Virus record (IMG/VR): IMGVR_UViG_3300032239_001501
Coordinates: 101,510-165,509 of that record
Direction: 5' to 3' (one strand)
DNA from: a virus
Taxonomy: Duplodnaviria; Caudoviricetes
DNA: 64,000 nt
Shown here: in pieces, positions 10,657-22,200 of the stretch
How the letters are laid out: each line of letters opens with the position of its first letter
How positions within the stretch are numbered: position 1 is the stretch's first letter
Notes under the pieces: model-generated
The model's database searches: none
What the model was told of the DNA's origin: nothing
The model's input: only the letters and a program-made list of their open reading frames with translations
Made by a program: the position numbers and the translations under genes

Positions 10657-11490
10657 TTAATTATTTAATCCGTTAAATCCTCCAAGAGATATTGCGTTTA
10701 ATTGAATTACCTCTTCAGTACCATTACTATTACTATATGCAGCATATGGTACTATACCATAAGATGCTTGCCAAGTTCCTCCAGTAAGAGAACCAAACAT
10801 ATCATTAGTATACTGATATACAGCATTTACTGAAATACCTGTAAAAAATGGTGTATGAGTTGGTGTTGGTGTATGAGTTGGAGTTACCGCAGGTGTTCCT
10901 GTTTGTGTTGGTGTTGGTGTTTTTGTTGGAGTATTAGTCGGAGTCTGTGTTAGTGTTGATGTATTGGTTGGTGTCACCGCAGGTGTCCCTGTTTGTGTTG
11001 TAGTCACACTTGGTGTTGGTGTTTTTGTTGTAGTCACACTTGGTGTATTAGTTGGTGTATTTGTTAATGTATTTGTAGGTGTCTGTGTTTGTGTTAGTGT
11101 ATTTGTTGGAGTTTGTGTTGGTGTTGACGTTTTAGTTGTAGTTACACTTGGCGTTGGTGTATGAGTAGTAGTTACACTTGGCGTTGGTGTATGAGTTGGA
11201 GTAACTGAAGGTGTTGGAGTTACCGTTTGAGTTGTCGTAACAGTCGGTGTTGGTGTAACAACCGCTAAACAAGTTGCACAATCTCCATAATCAACAGATA
11301 ATGTTAAAACTTTATCAATACCAGTTGCTGGTTCTGCGTTATCAATAATATCATAACATCCCGCAGTTGTTCCACCTGTAAATGTTAAATAGTAATTACC
11401 ATTAACCGAAGGCAATGATGAACTATCAAAATCAACTAATATTGCAGGACCACCACCACAATAACCTATGAGATATGTAACTAATGCCAT
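10657..11490 (-). CDS. Thr/Pro-repeat protein (surface/decoration-like)
   Basis: Long TPTPS/TPTNT repeat between a Cys-containing N-terminal domain and a short C-terminal domain. Confidence 0.7.
   Translation of the reverse strand: MALVTYLIGYCGGGPAILVDFDSSSLPSVNGNYYLTFTGGTTAGCYDIIDNAEPATGIDKVLTLSVDYGDCATCLAVVTPTPTVTTTQTVTPTPSVTPTHTPTPSVTTTHTPTPSVTTTKTSTPTQTPTNTLTQTQTPTNTLTNTPTNTPSVTTTKTPTPSVTTTQTGTPAVTPTNTSTLTQTPTNTPTKTPTPTQTGTPAVTPTHTPTPTHTPFFTGISVNAVYQYTNDMFGSLTGGTWQASYGIVPYAAYSNSNGTEEVIQLNAISLGGFNGLNN
10850..11258 (-). repeat. Low-complexity Thr/Pro codon repeats
   Basis: Repeated ggtgttggtgt and gttacacttggcgttggtgt units. Confidence 0.8.
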
Positions 11491-11526
11491 TTAATTTTTT
11501 CTTTATAAATATATGATTTATACTAA

Positions 11527-12279
11527 TTATTTACGGATTTCTTGAATTTGTGTTTCTACAGACAACTCTTTATCCTTAATTTTATTTTTTTCATCAAAAA
11601 GTTTACCAATATGACCAGATCTTCTTAGGTATTTAAAGACTAAATTCTCATAAGAAAACTCACCATCTTTATTTAATCCTGACTGTCTATAATCTTTTAG
11701 TTTATCTTTTAACCCCTTTAAAGTTTCAGCATTTCCTTCAGATTTTGCATCTTCAATTGCGTCATCAATTTTATCTGTCCAATTTTTTATTTTGGTTTTT
11801 AAAACAGACATGTCTAAATTTTTATGTGTTTTTTTAGGCTTATGAATCCATTCGTTATTCATGACAGAATAAACACCATCACTATGAGATTCATCTGAAA
11901 TACCTTGAGCATAAACTTCAACATCATATCCAAAAATTTTAATATCATGTTTGTCGTTAAAAAGTTTCTTTTTTAAATCAAAAAGTTCTTTATAAAGGTC
12001 TTCTTGTTTTCCATATCTTTCAAAATCAACAATAACGTGTAAATCAAAATCAGAATATTCTGACCAATTAAAATTAGCTAATGAACCCATAAGATAAATG
12101 TCTTCAACAAATACATCATCACCTAAATCTTCAATAAATTCTTCTGCGATTCGCATAAGAGATTTTCTAACTTTAGGTTTCATGATTGCTTTTTCAGCAC
12201 TTTCAAAATCTTCCCATACTTTTGGGTTAAGGGTTTCTTTAACTGAAAAACTATTAAGTATTTTTTGGGCATTACTCAT
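11527..12279 (-). CDS. Nucleotidyltransferase (Pol beta superfamily)
   Basis: hGS...SDFDLH motif plus downstream DVEVY acidic residue. Confidence 0.8.
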   Translation of the reverse strand: MSNAQKILNSFSVKETLNPKVWEDFESAEKAIMKPKVRKSLMRIAEEFIEDLGDDVFVEDIYLMGSLANFNWSEYSDFDLHVIVDFERYGKQEDLYKELFDLKKKLFNDKHDIKIFGYDVEVYAQGISDESHSDGVYSVMNNEWIHKPKKTHKNLDMSVLKTKIKNWTDKIDDAIEDAKSEGNAETLKGLKDKLKDYRQSGLNKDGEFSYENLVFKYLRRSGHIGKLFDEKNKIKDKELSVETQIQEIRK

Positions 12280-12300
12280 TACATATAAATACTCAACAAT

Positions 12301-12543
12301 TTATAGTTTTTTATATTTAAATTTTTTTGAAATGTTTGTAATGAAAAATTGCCCTTGAGATTGGGCCTTTCTGAAGGCAGTATATACCTGATGAGGTACA
12401 TTATCGTATTCATATTTAAAACCATTATTGAATTCTGTTATCAATTTTTTGGTTTCTGTGTCGTATTCTGTTTTCTTAATATTAGACGATTTTATTTCGT
12501 TAATAATCTTCGTCCCCTTGATTTCTTCTTTCGTTATTGCCAT
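12301..12543 (-). CDS. KTSC-domain protein
   Basis: SSNI...YD....L..EF.NG..YEY..VP..VY..F..A.SQGQFF pattern. Confidence 0.85.
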   Translation of the reverse strand: MAITKEEIKGTKIINEIKSSNIKKTEYDTETKKLITEFNNGFKYEYDNVPHQVYTAFRKAQSQGQFFITNISKKFKYKKL

Positions 12544-12838
12544 TTTCTTTAAGTGGTGTTAATTCATCAATTTTAGATAATAATTTTGAGGCATAATCAG
12601 TAAAATTATTCCAGTTTATATCAAAACCATAATCTTTTACTTGTTGAAATAAAGCCTTTTGTGTGTCACCAAATTTATGAAATAACGACATCATTTTATT
12701 AGTATATTTTGGTGGGTTTTCTAAATCTTTTTCACTAAACCCAAGTTCTTGAAAATGTTGTCTTAATTCAAGATAAATGTCTAACAATTCTCTTAATGAT
12801 GTACTATGTTCTAAAAATTTTTCAAATGGTTTCATCAA
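12500..12838 (-). CDS. Hypothetical protein
   Basis: 112-aa ORF with TATTTAT motif upstream. Confidence 0.55.
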   Translation of the reverse strand: MMKPFEKFLEHSTSLRELLDIYLELRQHFQELGFSEKDLENPPKYTNKMMSLFHKFGDTQKALFQQVKDYGFDINWNNFTDYASKLLSKIDELTPLKENGNNERRNQGDEDY

Positions 12839-12888
12839 ATATAAATATAAACCCCCATCAAAAATGATGAGGGTTTATTTGTGAATGA

Positions 12889-13284
12889 TTAGAGGATACT
12901 TATTCTTTTCTTTTCTTGTTTTTTGTAATTAGGTACGAATACCGTTAAAAGTCCATCCTCAATAGTTGCTTCAATGGAAGCTGGGTCATATCCTTCTCCA
13001 ACTGTAAATTGTTTTGAAATTGACTTGGATTTTTCTTCACCATTCAATTTATAAACTCTTTTTCCTTCAATGTGAATAACACCATTTTCCATTTCAACTT
13101 TTAAGTTTGATTTGTTAAAGCCAGCGACTTCTAAGAAAAGATAGGCACCATCATTTGTGTTGTTTATTTCATATTTTTCCTCACTGGTATTTTTGGGTGA
13201 TGAACTTGAATAATACCTGTAAGATGGAGTTGAGTTAAAAAAATTCTCCATAATGTTTCCGAAATCTGAATTTAAATAAACCAT
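12889..13284 (-). CDS. Small heat-shock protein (Hsp20)
   Basis: LEVAGF.K..LKVE..NG.IHIEG and IEATIEDGLLTV alpha-crystallin motifs. Confidence 0.9.
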   Translation of the reverse strand: MVYLNSDFGNIMENFFNSTPSYRYYSSSSPKNTSEEKYEINNTNDGAYLFLEVAGFNKSNLKVEMENGVIHIEGKRVYKLNGEEKSKSISKQFTVGEGYDPASIEATIEDGLLTVFVPNYKKQEKKRISIL

Positions 13285-13484
13285 AATTTTGTTTTTTTGT
13301 TTTAAATTTATTATTTATATTTGTAATAATCAAGTTCAATGCCACATGACAATTCCTGTCAATTTGTAAGTTCTTTCTAATTTAATATGTCATAATGACA
13401 TACAATAAAAAAATAAAACGACAATTTGTCAAATAATTTGGCAATGTCCCAAATTTGATACATCTTTGTAAAAATTAATTAACT

Positions 13485-15500
13485 ATGAACGATATTATGG
13501 ATGATGACGACAAAATAATGAGTAAAAAACAAAAACAAAATTCAGACAGTAATACACCTGTCTTGGATAATTTCAGTAGAGATTTAAATAAATTGGCGGA
13601 AGCCGGTAAGTTAGATCCTGTTATTGGACGTGATAGAGAGATTTTAAGAATCGCTCAAATCTTATCTCGCAGAAAGAAAAACAATCCTATTATTATAGGA
13701 GAACCTGGTTGTGGTAAAACCGCAATTGTTGAAGGTTTGGCAATGAAGATTGTAAGTGGTGAATGTCCCAAAAATCTTATTGATAAACGAGTCGTAAATC
13801 TTGATTTAACTTCAGTTGTTGCTGGCACAAAATATCGTGGTCAGTTTGAAGAAAGAATGAAAGTCATTATTGAAGAACTTCAAGCAAACCCAAACATCAT
13901 TATCTTTATTGATGAGATACATACACTTGTTGGGTCTGGTAATTCTGCAGGTTCAATGGATGGTTCCAATATTTTCAAACCCGCATTATCTCGTGGTGAA
14001 TTGCAATGTATCGGAGCAACAACTCTTGATGAATTCCGCAAAAATATTGAAAAGGATGGAGCATTAGAACGTAGATTCCAAAAAGTAATTGTTGAACCAT
14101 CTACAGTTGTGGAAACAATCCAAATTCTTAAAAATGTTCGTGAAAAATACGAAACATTCCATAAGGTAACTTATTCCGATGATGTTATTGAGGCTTGTGT
14201 TAAATTGGCTGATAGGTATATTACCGATCGTGAATTCCCTGATAAAGCGTTTGATATCTTAGATGAAGTTGGAGCTCGTATGCAAACCGACATAAAAATT
14301 CCTGAAGTAATAGAAGAATTAAAAAGGAAGGCATCAGAACTTAGACAATTGAAAATAGATGTTGTTAAAAAACAAAATTATGAACAAGCAGCAGAATTAC
14401 GAGATAAGGAAAAGAAATTGTTAACCAAACTTGAAATTGAAAAAACCAAGTTTGAAGAAAATCAATCAAAAGATAAAAAAATAATTTCACTTGAAAACGT
14501 ATATGATGTTGTATCTAATATGGTAAAAATTCCTGTGAATAAAATGAGTGTTGATGATAAAAAATCATTAATTAATTTGGATAAAGAATTAATAGGTAAA
14601 GTTATCGGTCAAAACGCCGCAGTTATCAAGATTGCAAAATCAATCAAAAGAAATAGACTGGGAATTAAAGACCCAAATCGTCCAATCGGTTCATTTGTAT
14701 TTTTGGGTTCAACGGGTGTCGGTAAAACACACTTGGCAAAACAATTGGCAAAAGAAATGTTTGGTTCCGAAGATTCATTAATCCGTGTGGATATGAGTGA
14801 ATATCAAGAAAAGCATACAATATCTAAATTGGTAGGGGCTCCTCCAGGATATGTTGGATATGAAGAAGGTGGACAATTAACTGAAAAGGTTAAAAACAAA
14901 CCATATTCAGTAATCCTATTTGATGAAGTGGAAAAAGCACATAAAGATGTTTTTACCATCTTACTTCAAATTTTAGATGATGGACACGTAACTGATAGTC
15001 TTGGTAGAAAGATTAATTTTAAAAATACATTAATTATTTTAACCTCAAACTTGGGAGTTAAAAAATTACAAGACTTTGGTACAGGGATTGGATTTTCAAG
15101 TAACGCATACTCAAATGAAGAGGCTAAAAAACAAGTATTGATGAAAGAGATGAAGAATTTCTTTTCACCTGAATTTTTGAACCGTATTGATGATACAATT
15201 GTATTCAATTCATTAAGTCCTGATGATATTAAGAAAATTACTGATATTGAACTTAAAAAATTAGTAGACCGTCTTAAAGAAATGAAATATACAATCACTT
15301 ATGATGATACCTTAATTGATTATCTTGCAAAAGTTGGGTTTGATGAATCTTATGGTGCAAGACCTCTTAAAAGAGCAATTCAAGATAAAATTGAAGACCT
15401 ATTATCTGAAGAAGTATTAACAGGTAAAATGATTGAAAATAAATCCTACCATATTAAAGTGGATGGTGAAGAAATCAAGATACAGAAAAAAGGTAGATAA
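13485..15500 (+). CDS. clpC: ClpC-type AAA+ unfoldase lacking the N-terminal Clp repeat domain
   Basis: Two AAA modules ([16 protein letters not shown]), UVR-like M domain (YEQAAELRD), GIGF ClpP-docking loop. Confidence 0.9.
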   Translation: MNDIMDDDDKIMSKKQKQNSDSNTPVLDNFSRDLNKLAEAGKLDPVIGRDREILRIAQILSRRKKNNPIIIGEPGCGKTAIVEGLAMKIVSGECPKNLIDKRVVNLDLTSVVAGTKYRGQFEERMKVIIEELQANPNIIIFIDEIHTLVGSGNSAGSMDGSNIFKPALSRGELQCIGATTLDEFRKNIEKDGALERRFQKVIVEPSTVVETIQILKNVREKYETFHKVTYSDDVIEACVKLADRYITDREFPDKAFDILDEVGARMQTDIKIPEVIEELKRKASELRQLKIDVVKKQNYEQAAELRDKEKKLLTKLEIEKTKFEENQSKDKKIISLENVYDVVSNMVKIPVNKMSVDDKKSLINLDKELIGKVIGQNAAVIKIAKSIKRNRLGIKDPNRPIGSFVFLGSTGVGKTHLAKQLAKEMFGSEDSLIRVDMSEYQEKHTISKLVGAPPGYVGYEEGGQLTEKVKNKPYSVILFDEVEKAHKDVFTILLQILDDGHVTDSLGRKINFKNTLIILTSNLGVKKLQDFGTGIGFSSNAYSNEEAKKQVLMKEMKNFFSPEFLNRIDDTIVFNSLSPDDIKKITDIELKKLVDRLKEMKYTITYDDTLIDYLAKVGFDESYGARPLKRAIQDKIEDLLSEEVLTGKMIENKSYHIKVDGEEIKIQKKGR

Positions 15501-15649
15501 CCTTAAAACAAAACCCTCACAGAAATGTGGGGGTTTATTATATCTATAATAAATGAAAACTTTAACAAATAAAAAATCGGGTGAGGAATATATTGATATT
15601 TCCAACCACCCGATAATAAAAAGGTATTTATATAAATTAGAAAGTTTTA

Positions 15650-16492
15650 TTAAAAAACACTTCTACTTCTCCAATCATATTGTTTTGCTTCCTTATAATG
15701 TAATTTATATCCAAGATTTTCAATCATTTTACGTCCCATATTAATTCCATTAAACACATCCTCAACAACTACATACTCACTGGGAGTATGATAATTATAA
15801 TATCCTATTGAAAAATTAATACAAGAAAAATTAAACTTACCTCTTAACGCATAAACATCTGTATATGGATGAACCATGTATTGCATATCTTCATTAATCA
15901 TTCCTTCGGTTAATACTTTATCACACGCCTTAAAAAAATCAGAATCTCTATCAAATAATACCTGTCCAAAACATTTTTCAGTAATCATCCAATTTTCAGG
16001 AGCATCAAATTGAATCCCATATCCAACATTTGTGAAAAATTCTTCTTTTGCCTTCATGGAACCATGACAACCTGTTTCTTCAGATACAAAAAATGCAGCC
16101 TTTAAATAAGGTAATTCTTTTAATAGAGTTAAACATGCGAATACACCACATTTATCATCTCCACCAATACCTGTAGGATTATCTTTGTTATTATATGCTT
16201 TATAAGATAATTTAAGTTCTCCTTGAGTATTTGGTAACATCTCTTCGTGAACATTAATTGTATCAATGTTATGAACTGTATCTGTATGAGCTATCACACA
16301 AGGGAAATAGAAATCTTCCGATAATTCAGAACTTTCTTGTTTTGTGGCATAAACATTTTTATGTTCATCAACAAAATGTTCAATATTGTTTTCTGTTAAC
16401 CAATTAACCAAGAACTGAACCATTAGGTCTTCTTGATATGTTTTTGTGGGGACGCTTAAAACTTCTTTAAGCAATTGTAAATCTTGTGTCAT
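15650..16492 (-). CDS. M20/M28-family metallopeptidase
   Basis: AHTD, GGDDKCG, SEETG and YHT metal-binding motifs. Confidence 0.8.
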   Translation of the reverse strand: MTQDLQLLKEVLSVPTKTYQEDLMVQFLVNWLTENNIEHFVDEHKNVYATKQESSELSEDFYFPCVIAHTDTVHNIDTINVHEEMLPNTQGELKLSYKAYNNKDNPTGIGGDDKCGVFACLTLLKELPYLKAAFFVSEETGCHGSMKAKEEFFTNVGYGIQFDAPENWMITEKCFGQVLFDRDSDFFKACDKVLTEGMINEDMQYMVHPYTDVYALRGKFNFSCINFSIGYYNYHTPSEYVVVEDVFNGINMGRKMIENLGYKLHYKEAKQYDWRSRSVF

Positions 16493-16512
16493 AAGACAAA
16501 GATAAGAAAAAA

Positions 16513-17559
16513 TTATATCTCTTCCAAATTAAATAATGTTGGCTGATAAAGTAGATTATAAAAATTCTCTTCAGTTAGTTTTAATGTTGTTTGCTTCATT
16601 CCTTTTGAAAGTTTAACAACAATTTTATTTGGATTCATTTCAAAAGTTTCAATTTTAAATCTGACATCTTTATTTTTAGGTAAATTATACATTTTATCAA
16701 GCTCAAACTTTTTACTAATTCTATCTACCATATCAACATAATCTTGCATTTTAAATTCACCATCAGATAATGAACCGTCTTCAATTTTTTCAATTATTTT
16801 ATCTAAATTACGTTCAACGTAATTATTAAATGACACACTATCAAATTTTTCAGCATCTTGGTATTCGTAAGTATCCTCTTGCCATCCTCCTATATTAATT
16901 TTATTTGCTGCAAAAATTTTAGGTAGTAATTCATAAATTGGAAGTTGTAATGAATTTTCCCTGATATACCACATAACCAAATTTCCAACAGTTGTTTTAA
17001 ATTCGTCATCAGATACATAGGTAAATCCGGCTTTATTAAAATAATTATTTAATTCCTTTTCAATATAATCTTGAGCAACTTGAGTCATTTCTGAATTTTT
17101 TTCGGACATATAATCAGAAAGGATATCATCTATTTCAACTCTAAATGTTTTTATTAGTTTATTCGCAAAATCTGATCTAAATTGCTCGTTTTCCAAATCA
17201 AACTTTTTAGGATAAATTAATCTTGATATTCGTTTTAGTTTTTCAATATTATCTTCGTTTAATTCTCCAAAAATAGTATATCCACTTACAAAATCATCTT
17301 TCACCGAGTACCAATCCATAAACTCATAACCTGAATAGTTTGAATTAATCATTTTCATAAACCAAATATCATCATCATGTAATCCTATTGCTTTCCAAAA
17401 TTTATCATCATTAAATCCTATCATAACAACGCTTAATCCACGATTAGAATTGTCCACACTAACATGATAAATGTCTGGATCAGAATCCTCTAATTCATAT
17501 CTAGAAATTTTACCTTTAACAAAATCCCTCAAAGCCATAAATGTGTCAAATGATGCCAT
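16513..17559 (-). CDS. Hypothetical protein
   Basis: Probable start MASFDTF after a TATTTAT motif; the longer ORF call overlaps the tmRNA. Confidence 0.6.
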   Translation of the reverse strand: MASFDTFMALRDFVKGKISRYELEDSDPDIYHVSVDNSNRGLSVVMIGFNDDKFWKAIGLHDDDIWFMKMINSNYSGYEFMDWYSVKDDFVSGYTIFGELNEDNIEKLKRISRLIYPKKFDLENEQFRSDFANKLIKTFRVEIDDILSDYMSEKNSEMTQVAQDYIEKELNNYFNKAGFTYVSDDEFKTTVGNLVMWYIRENSLQLPIYELLPKIFAANKINIGGWQEDTYEYQDAEKFDSVSFNNYVERNLDKIIEKIEDGSLSDGEFKMQDYVDMVDRISKKFELDKMYNLPKNKDVRFKIETFEMNPNKIVVKLSKGMKQTTLKLTEENFYNLLYQPTLFNLEEI

Positions 17560-17606
17560 ATTGTTTATAAATACTAGTTTTAATTGTAATTTACAATATT
17601 TATACT

Positions 17607-17614
17607 TACCTTTG
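17607..17614 (+). promoter_or_regulatory. Bacteroidota-type -7 promoter box upstream of the tmRNA
   Basis: TACCTTTG fits TAnnTTTG; the same box occurs before clpP (~38257), at 43748 and 49122, and on the minus strand before tRNA genes. Confidence 0.6.
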
Positions 17615-17633
17615 AATAAGTTCTTTAAAATAT

Positions 17634-18041
17634 GGGGGTGACAGGCTTTGATTTCAGGTATCAAGGATAAGTTGCAAGTAGTCGGATATCATCTACGACT
17701 TTAATTATTGGTGGTAAACATAACAGACGCAACTTTTGCGAAAATGGCTACTCTTGGTTTAACTAGAGAAGCTGTTGTTGTTGGTGCTTAATCTCACAGA
17801 ACAACTACGGGGTTTCCCATACGTACCTTGGAACAGAAATGGTCAAGGTGTAATACCACCCGAAGATGTATTAAGAGTCTCGTTCAGGAGTCTACTCTAA
17901 CACAAGTGAATCCGACACAGTTATTGGTTACGATGTCAAAATAGGAACCATTTATTTGTTTGTTATGAATAACAGAATAAACTTGTAGTAACGTATTGTT
18001 GAACCGGAAAGACCCGGTTTCAATTACCGGCACCTCCACCA
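17634..18041 (+). ncRNA. ssrA: tmRNA
   Basis: Acceptor stem GGGGGUG/CACCUCC with G3-U70, then A73 and CCA; T arm CCGGU-UUCAAUU-ACCGG; tag ORF at 17726-17791 after ATAACA. Confidence 0.93.
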
Positions 18042-18082
18042 CAATTCTCATCATATCCATGATGTAATAAAAAAGGTTCTAA

Positions 18083-18631
18083 TTAAGAACCTTTTTTATT
18101 TTTAACTATTAAGTCAATTAATTCATTAACCATATCATCTGACATAGTATTTTTCATCCAATTAATTGACCTTGAAACCCACCTAATATTTCCTTTAATA
18201 TATCCTTTAGAACTATCTATTCTATCTAAAGAAGCGGCATATATTGGGTTTTTATCTATTTTTTTATAAGATGATAGTATAAGATTTATTCCACTAAATT
18301 CACAAATACCATTTTGTTTTTCCCATTGTTCTTTCAAATCATCAATAGTAACATCAATAATATGAATATGATTTCTTTTTTTTATATTTCTAAAATGATA
18401 TCTAAATTTTGTATACTCATCATTATATCTATCATACCCTAAAGTAGTTAAATCAAATCGTTTATCTCCAAAATTTTTAACATTGTTTTTTCCGACGCAA
18501 GTTCTTGTACAAAAATTAGGTCTGTTTAATTTTTCATTTCTTCTTATTTCAGTTAATGGTTTTTCAAATTCTACGCCACAATTTTTACAAACACATTTGC
18601 CCATTTTATATTTTATTTTCTTTTTATCCAT
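18083..18631 (-). CDS. Zn-finger/HNH-like putative endonuclease
   Basis: CKNC...FCTRTC, then QNGICEFSG and SLDRIDSSKGYIKGNIRWV...N.MK. Confidence 0.7.
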   Translation of the reverse strand: MDKKKIKYKMGKCVCKNCGVEFEKPLTEIRRNEKLNRPNFCTRTCVGKNNVKNFGDKRFDLTTLGYDRYNDEYTKFRYHFRNIKKRNHIHIIDVTIDDLKEQWEKQNGICEFSGINLILSSYKKIDKNPIYAASLDRIDSSKGYIKGNIRWVSRSINWMKNTMSDDMVNELIDLIVKNKKGS

Positions 18632-18715
18632 ATAAATAAATATATGGAAATGTGGTAAAAAACTATGGAGATGGTTGTTTTTTTAATTTATTATTTTTAT
18701 TATTATTATTTAATT

Positions 18716-19129
18716 ATGGGAACAGATTGTAATATATGTAGTAATAAATGTTTTGGAATACCAGATCATCACGGTAGTTGTTGTACGATTGATGTAAGAG
18801 ATTACATTATGGGTGCACATCCTGATGCTGATGAATTCATTACTAATTTATCTAAAAAATTTGGTAGAGAAATTAAAAGAGAAGAAGTATTTGTTGAATA
18901 TGAAGAAGGTAAAGATATGTTCTCGTATGAAAAAAATGGAATAACTGGTAAATCTATTTGGAAAAGAGAAGAATCTTATCCTGCATTAAGAGTAGATTTA
19001 AATAATCCATCACTACCTTGTATTTTTTATAATACTCATATGAGAGCTTGTAGTGTTTATGATATTAGACCTAAAATTTGTAGAGAATATGAATGTGATT
19101 ATCTAACTAAAAACACTTCAAAACAATAA
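18716..19129 (+). CDS. YkgJ-like (CxxCxxCC) Zn/Fe-S protein
   Basis: CNICSNKC...CC...PCIFY...CSVYDIRPKICREYEC. Confidence 0.8.
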   Translation: MGTDCNICSNKCFGIPDHHGSCCTIDVRDYIMGAHPDADEFITNLSKKFGREIKREEVFVEYEEGKDMFSYEKNGITGKSIWKREESYPALRVDLNNPSLPCIFYNTHMRACSVYDIRPKICREYECDYLTKNTSKQ

Positions 19130-19281
19130 AAAATAAAATCTATATATTACGCCCTCACCTAAAAATGTTAGGGGTTTTCATATTTAACAATCAGTTAACG
19201 TATTATTAGCATTCACATAATATTAAAATTTTACTATCCAATTTAAATTGTCTAATTATTAGTATCTAAAAACAAGATACC

Positions 19282-22200
19282 ATGATTAAAAAATTAATTC
19301 TATTTTTATTTCTTCCGATTTTTTCGTTTTCACAAATTACGACATCGGAACTTAATGGAAGAGTAAAAGAAAAGACAGGGAATATTGTCCCTCACACATC
19401 AATTCAAATAATTTATGTTCCAACAGGAACCAAGTATTCATCTTCTGCAGATGATAAGGGAATTTATCATTTTTACAATGCTAGTGTTGGTGGTCCATAT
19501 ATTATTAAAGCAACTTCTGTAGGTTTTAAACCATTTCAAAAAGAAGATGTATTTTTAACTCTTGGGCAAAATAATGATTTAAACATTGTTTTGGAAGAGG
19601 AAAATAAACAACTTAAAGAAGTTATTGTTACTACAACAAAATCACTAAAAAATTCTTCAGGGATGTTTATTTCTGAAGATAGGGTTAAAAGTGTCCCTAT
19701 TCTTTCCAGATCAATTACAGATATTACTAAGTTAGTTCCACAATCAGTAAATAATTCATTTGCTGGAACAAACTTTAGATATAATAATGTTACAATTGAC
19801 GGAACAATTAATAATGATGTAATTGGATTTTCTCCGTCTCTAGGAGGACAGGGTAATACTTCAGGTATGCCAGGTTCATCAACAAGGACTTCACCAATTT
19901 CTATTGATGCAATAAAAGATATTCAAGTTTATATTGCACCTTTTGATGTTAAGGTTGGTAATTTCTTGGGTGGTTCAATCAATGCAATTACAAGAAGTGG
20001 TACAAATAAAGTAGAGGGATCAGTTTATACTTTTGGAAAAAATTCATCATTGGCTGGTTTTGATAACACAAAAGGTTTTCAAGATGGACAATATGGTTTT
20101 AGAGTAGGTTTACCTTTAATAAAAAATAAATTGTTTTTCTTTACAAACGAAGAAGTTACAGATAGAACGGAACCAGTTCAATATAATGCAAATGGACGTG
20201 GTTTAATATCAGATTCATTGGCAAATGTTATTTCTACATTTGTAAAAACTAAATATGGTTTTAATGTTGGTAATTATGATGATTATACAATTTATTCTCG
20301 TTCAAAAAAATATTTTAACAGATTAGATTGGAATATTAATAACCATAACCAATTAACTTTAAGAAATAATACAACAACTTCTGAAGCAACAAACTTAGAA
20401 AGAGATTTAACTAATTTTCGTTTCTCTTCTATGGATTTCAAACAAAATAACACTCAGTCATCAACTGTAATGGAATTACGTTCTCATTATGGAAAAAAAT
20501 CTAATTCATTAATTTTGGGTTATACTGATATCCATGATTATAGAACACCATTAAGTGGTAATTTTGCGTTCCCACAAACTGAAATTGCTTATAATGGTGG
20601 AACCATATTTTTAGGTAATGAAAGAGAAGCGACTGTTTTTAATTTAAAACAAAAAACAAAAGAATTAACGGATAATTTTAATTTTACATTGGGTAAACAT
20701 TCTTTATTAATTGGAACTCATAATGAATTCTATGATATTGATTATGGTTTTGTTAATAGTTGGAATGGTAGAGTATCATACAAATCAGTTGCAGATTTCT
20801 TATCATCAAATGTTAATAGAGTTAGAGGTTTCTATTCAACAATTAATAACGATAGAGATTACATATTCAACAATCCATATGCACAATTTAAAGTTAATTT
20901 ATTAAGTGGATATGTTCAGGATGAAATCAACTTTGGTAAATTAAAAATAACTCCGGGTATTAGATATGATTACGCACAATTACCAAATAAACCATCTTTA
21001 TCTTCACAAGCAGCTGCAGGATACACCAATGATTACTTAAATAATGGTGTTATTTCACCAAGATTAGGATTCAATTATGATGTGAATGGAGATAAGAGTT
21101 TAATTGTAAGAGGTGGTAGTGGTGTATTTGTAGGTAGAATTCCTTTCGCTTGGATAGGATACGCTTTCTATAATGATGGTATAGGATTTGGGTCTTTTGA
21201 CGTAAATAATGTTGCAGGTAAAAATGTTGGTGATGTATTAACAACACCAGCAAAACAATTTGCATTTAATAACGGACAATCCAATTTAGTTCAAACAGAT
21301 TTAATTGCAAACGGCTTTAAAATGCCGAAAGTATGGAGAAGTAATTTGGCAATTGATAAAACAATCTCAGGATATAAATTAACATTAGAAGGTTTATATA
21401 CACAAGTTATAACTGATTTGATGTTCCAACAAATTAACTTTAAAACTGATGAAGCAAATTATGGTTTTTTTAGTTACGATACAAAACATCAAATGCCGAT
21501 TTATAACGGTGTAAAAATAAATTCTAAATTATCAAATGCTTACGCATTATCTAATACCGATAAAGGTTATAGATATCAAGGCACAATATCTCTTACTAAG
21601 AAATATAAATTTGGTTTAGATGTATACGGAGCATACACTTATGGTATATCTAAAGATATTACAAATGGTATAAGAAACTCAATGGAAAGTAATTGGCAGT
21701 TAAATCAATCTTTAACACCAAATAATCCCCAATTGGCATATTCTAACTTTGATATCAGACATAGAATAATATCACAAATTACTAAAAAGATTAAATCAAC
21801 ATCAGTTTCATTCGTATTAAATTCTCAAAGTGGGATTCCTTTCACTTGGGGATTAGTGAACTCAACTATTGCAGGAACTCCTCAATCAGCTGGTTTAGCT
21901 TATATCTTCAAAGATTTGACGGAAGCAACAAAATACATTCCAACAGCAGGACAAGCACAATCTTTTATGGATTATGTAAATAGCAATTCTTATTTGTCTT
22001 CAAGAAAAGGAAACTTTACTGAAAGAAATGGTGGTAGAACTCCTTGGAGTACAACTATTGATACAAGATTAACTCAAAATGTTGGAAAACATTTACAATT
22101 AACAGCGGATATTTTTAATTTAACAAACCTAATTAATAATGAATGGGGTAATATCTATTTTGTTTCAAATACATTTAATTCAACTTCATCAGTTGGTTTA

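Noticed and set aside
10850-11258. Possible CRISPR or tandem array
   Set aside because: In-frame Thr/Pro codon repeats inside a CDS, with no constant repeat and unique spacers
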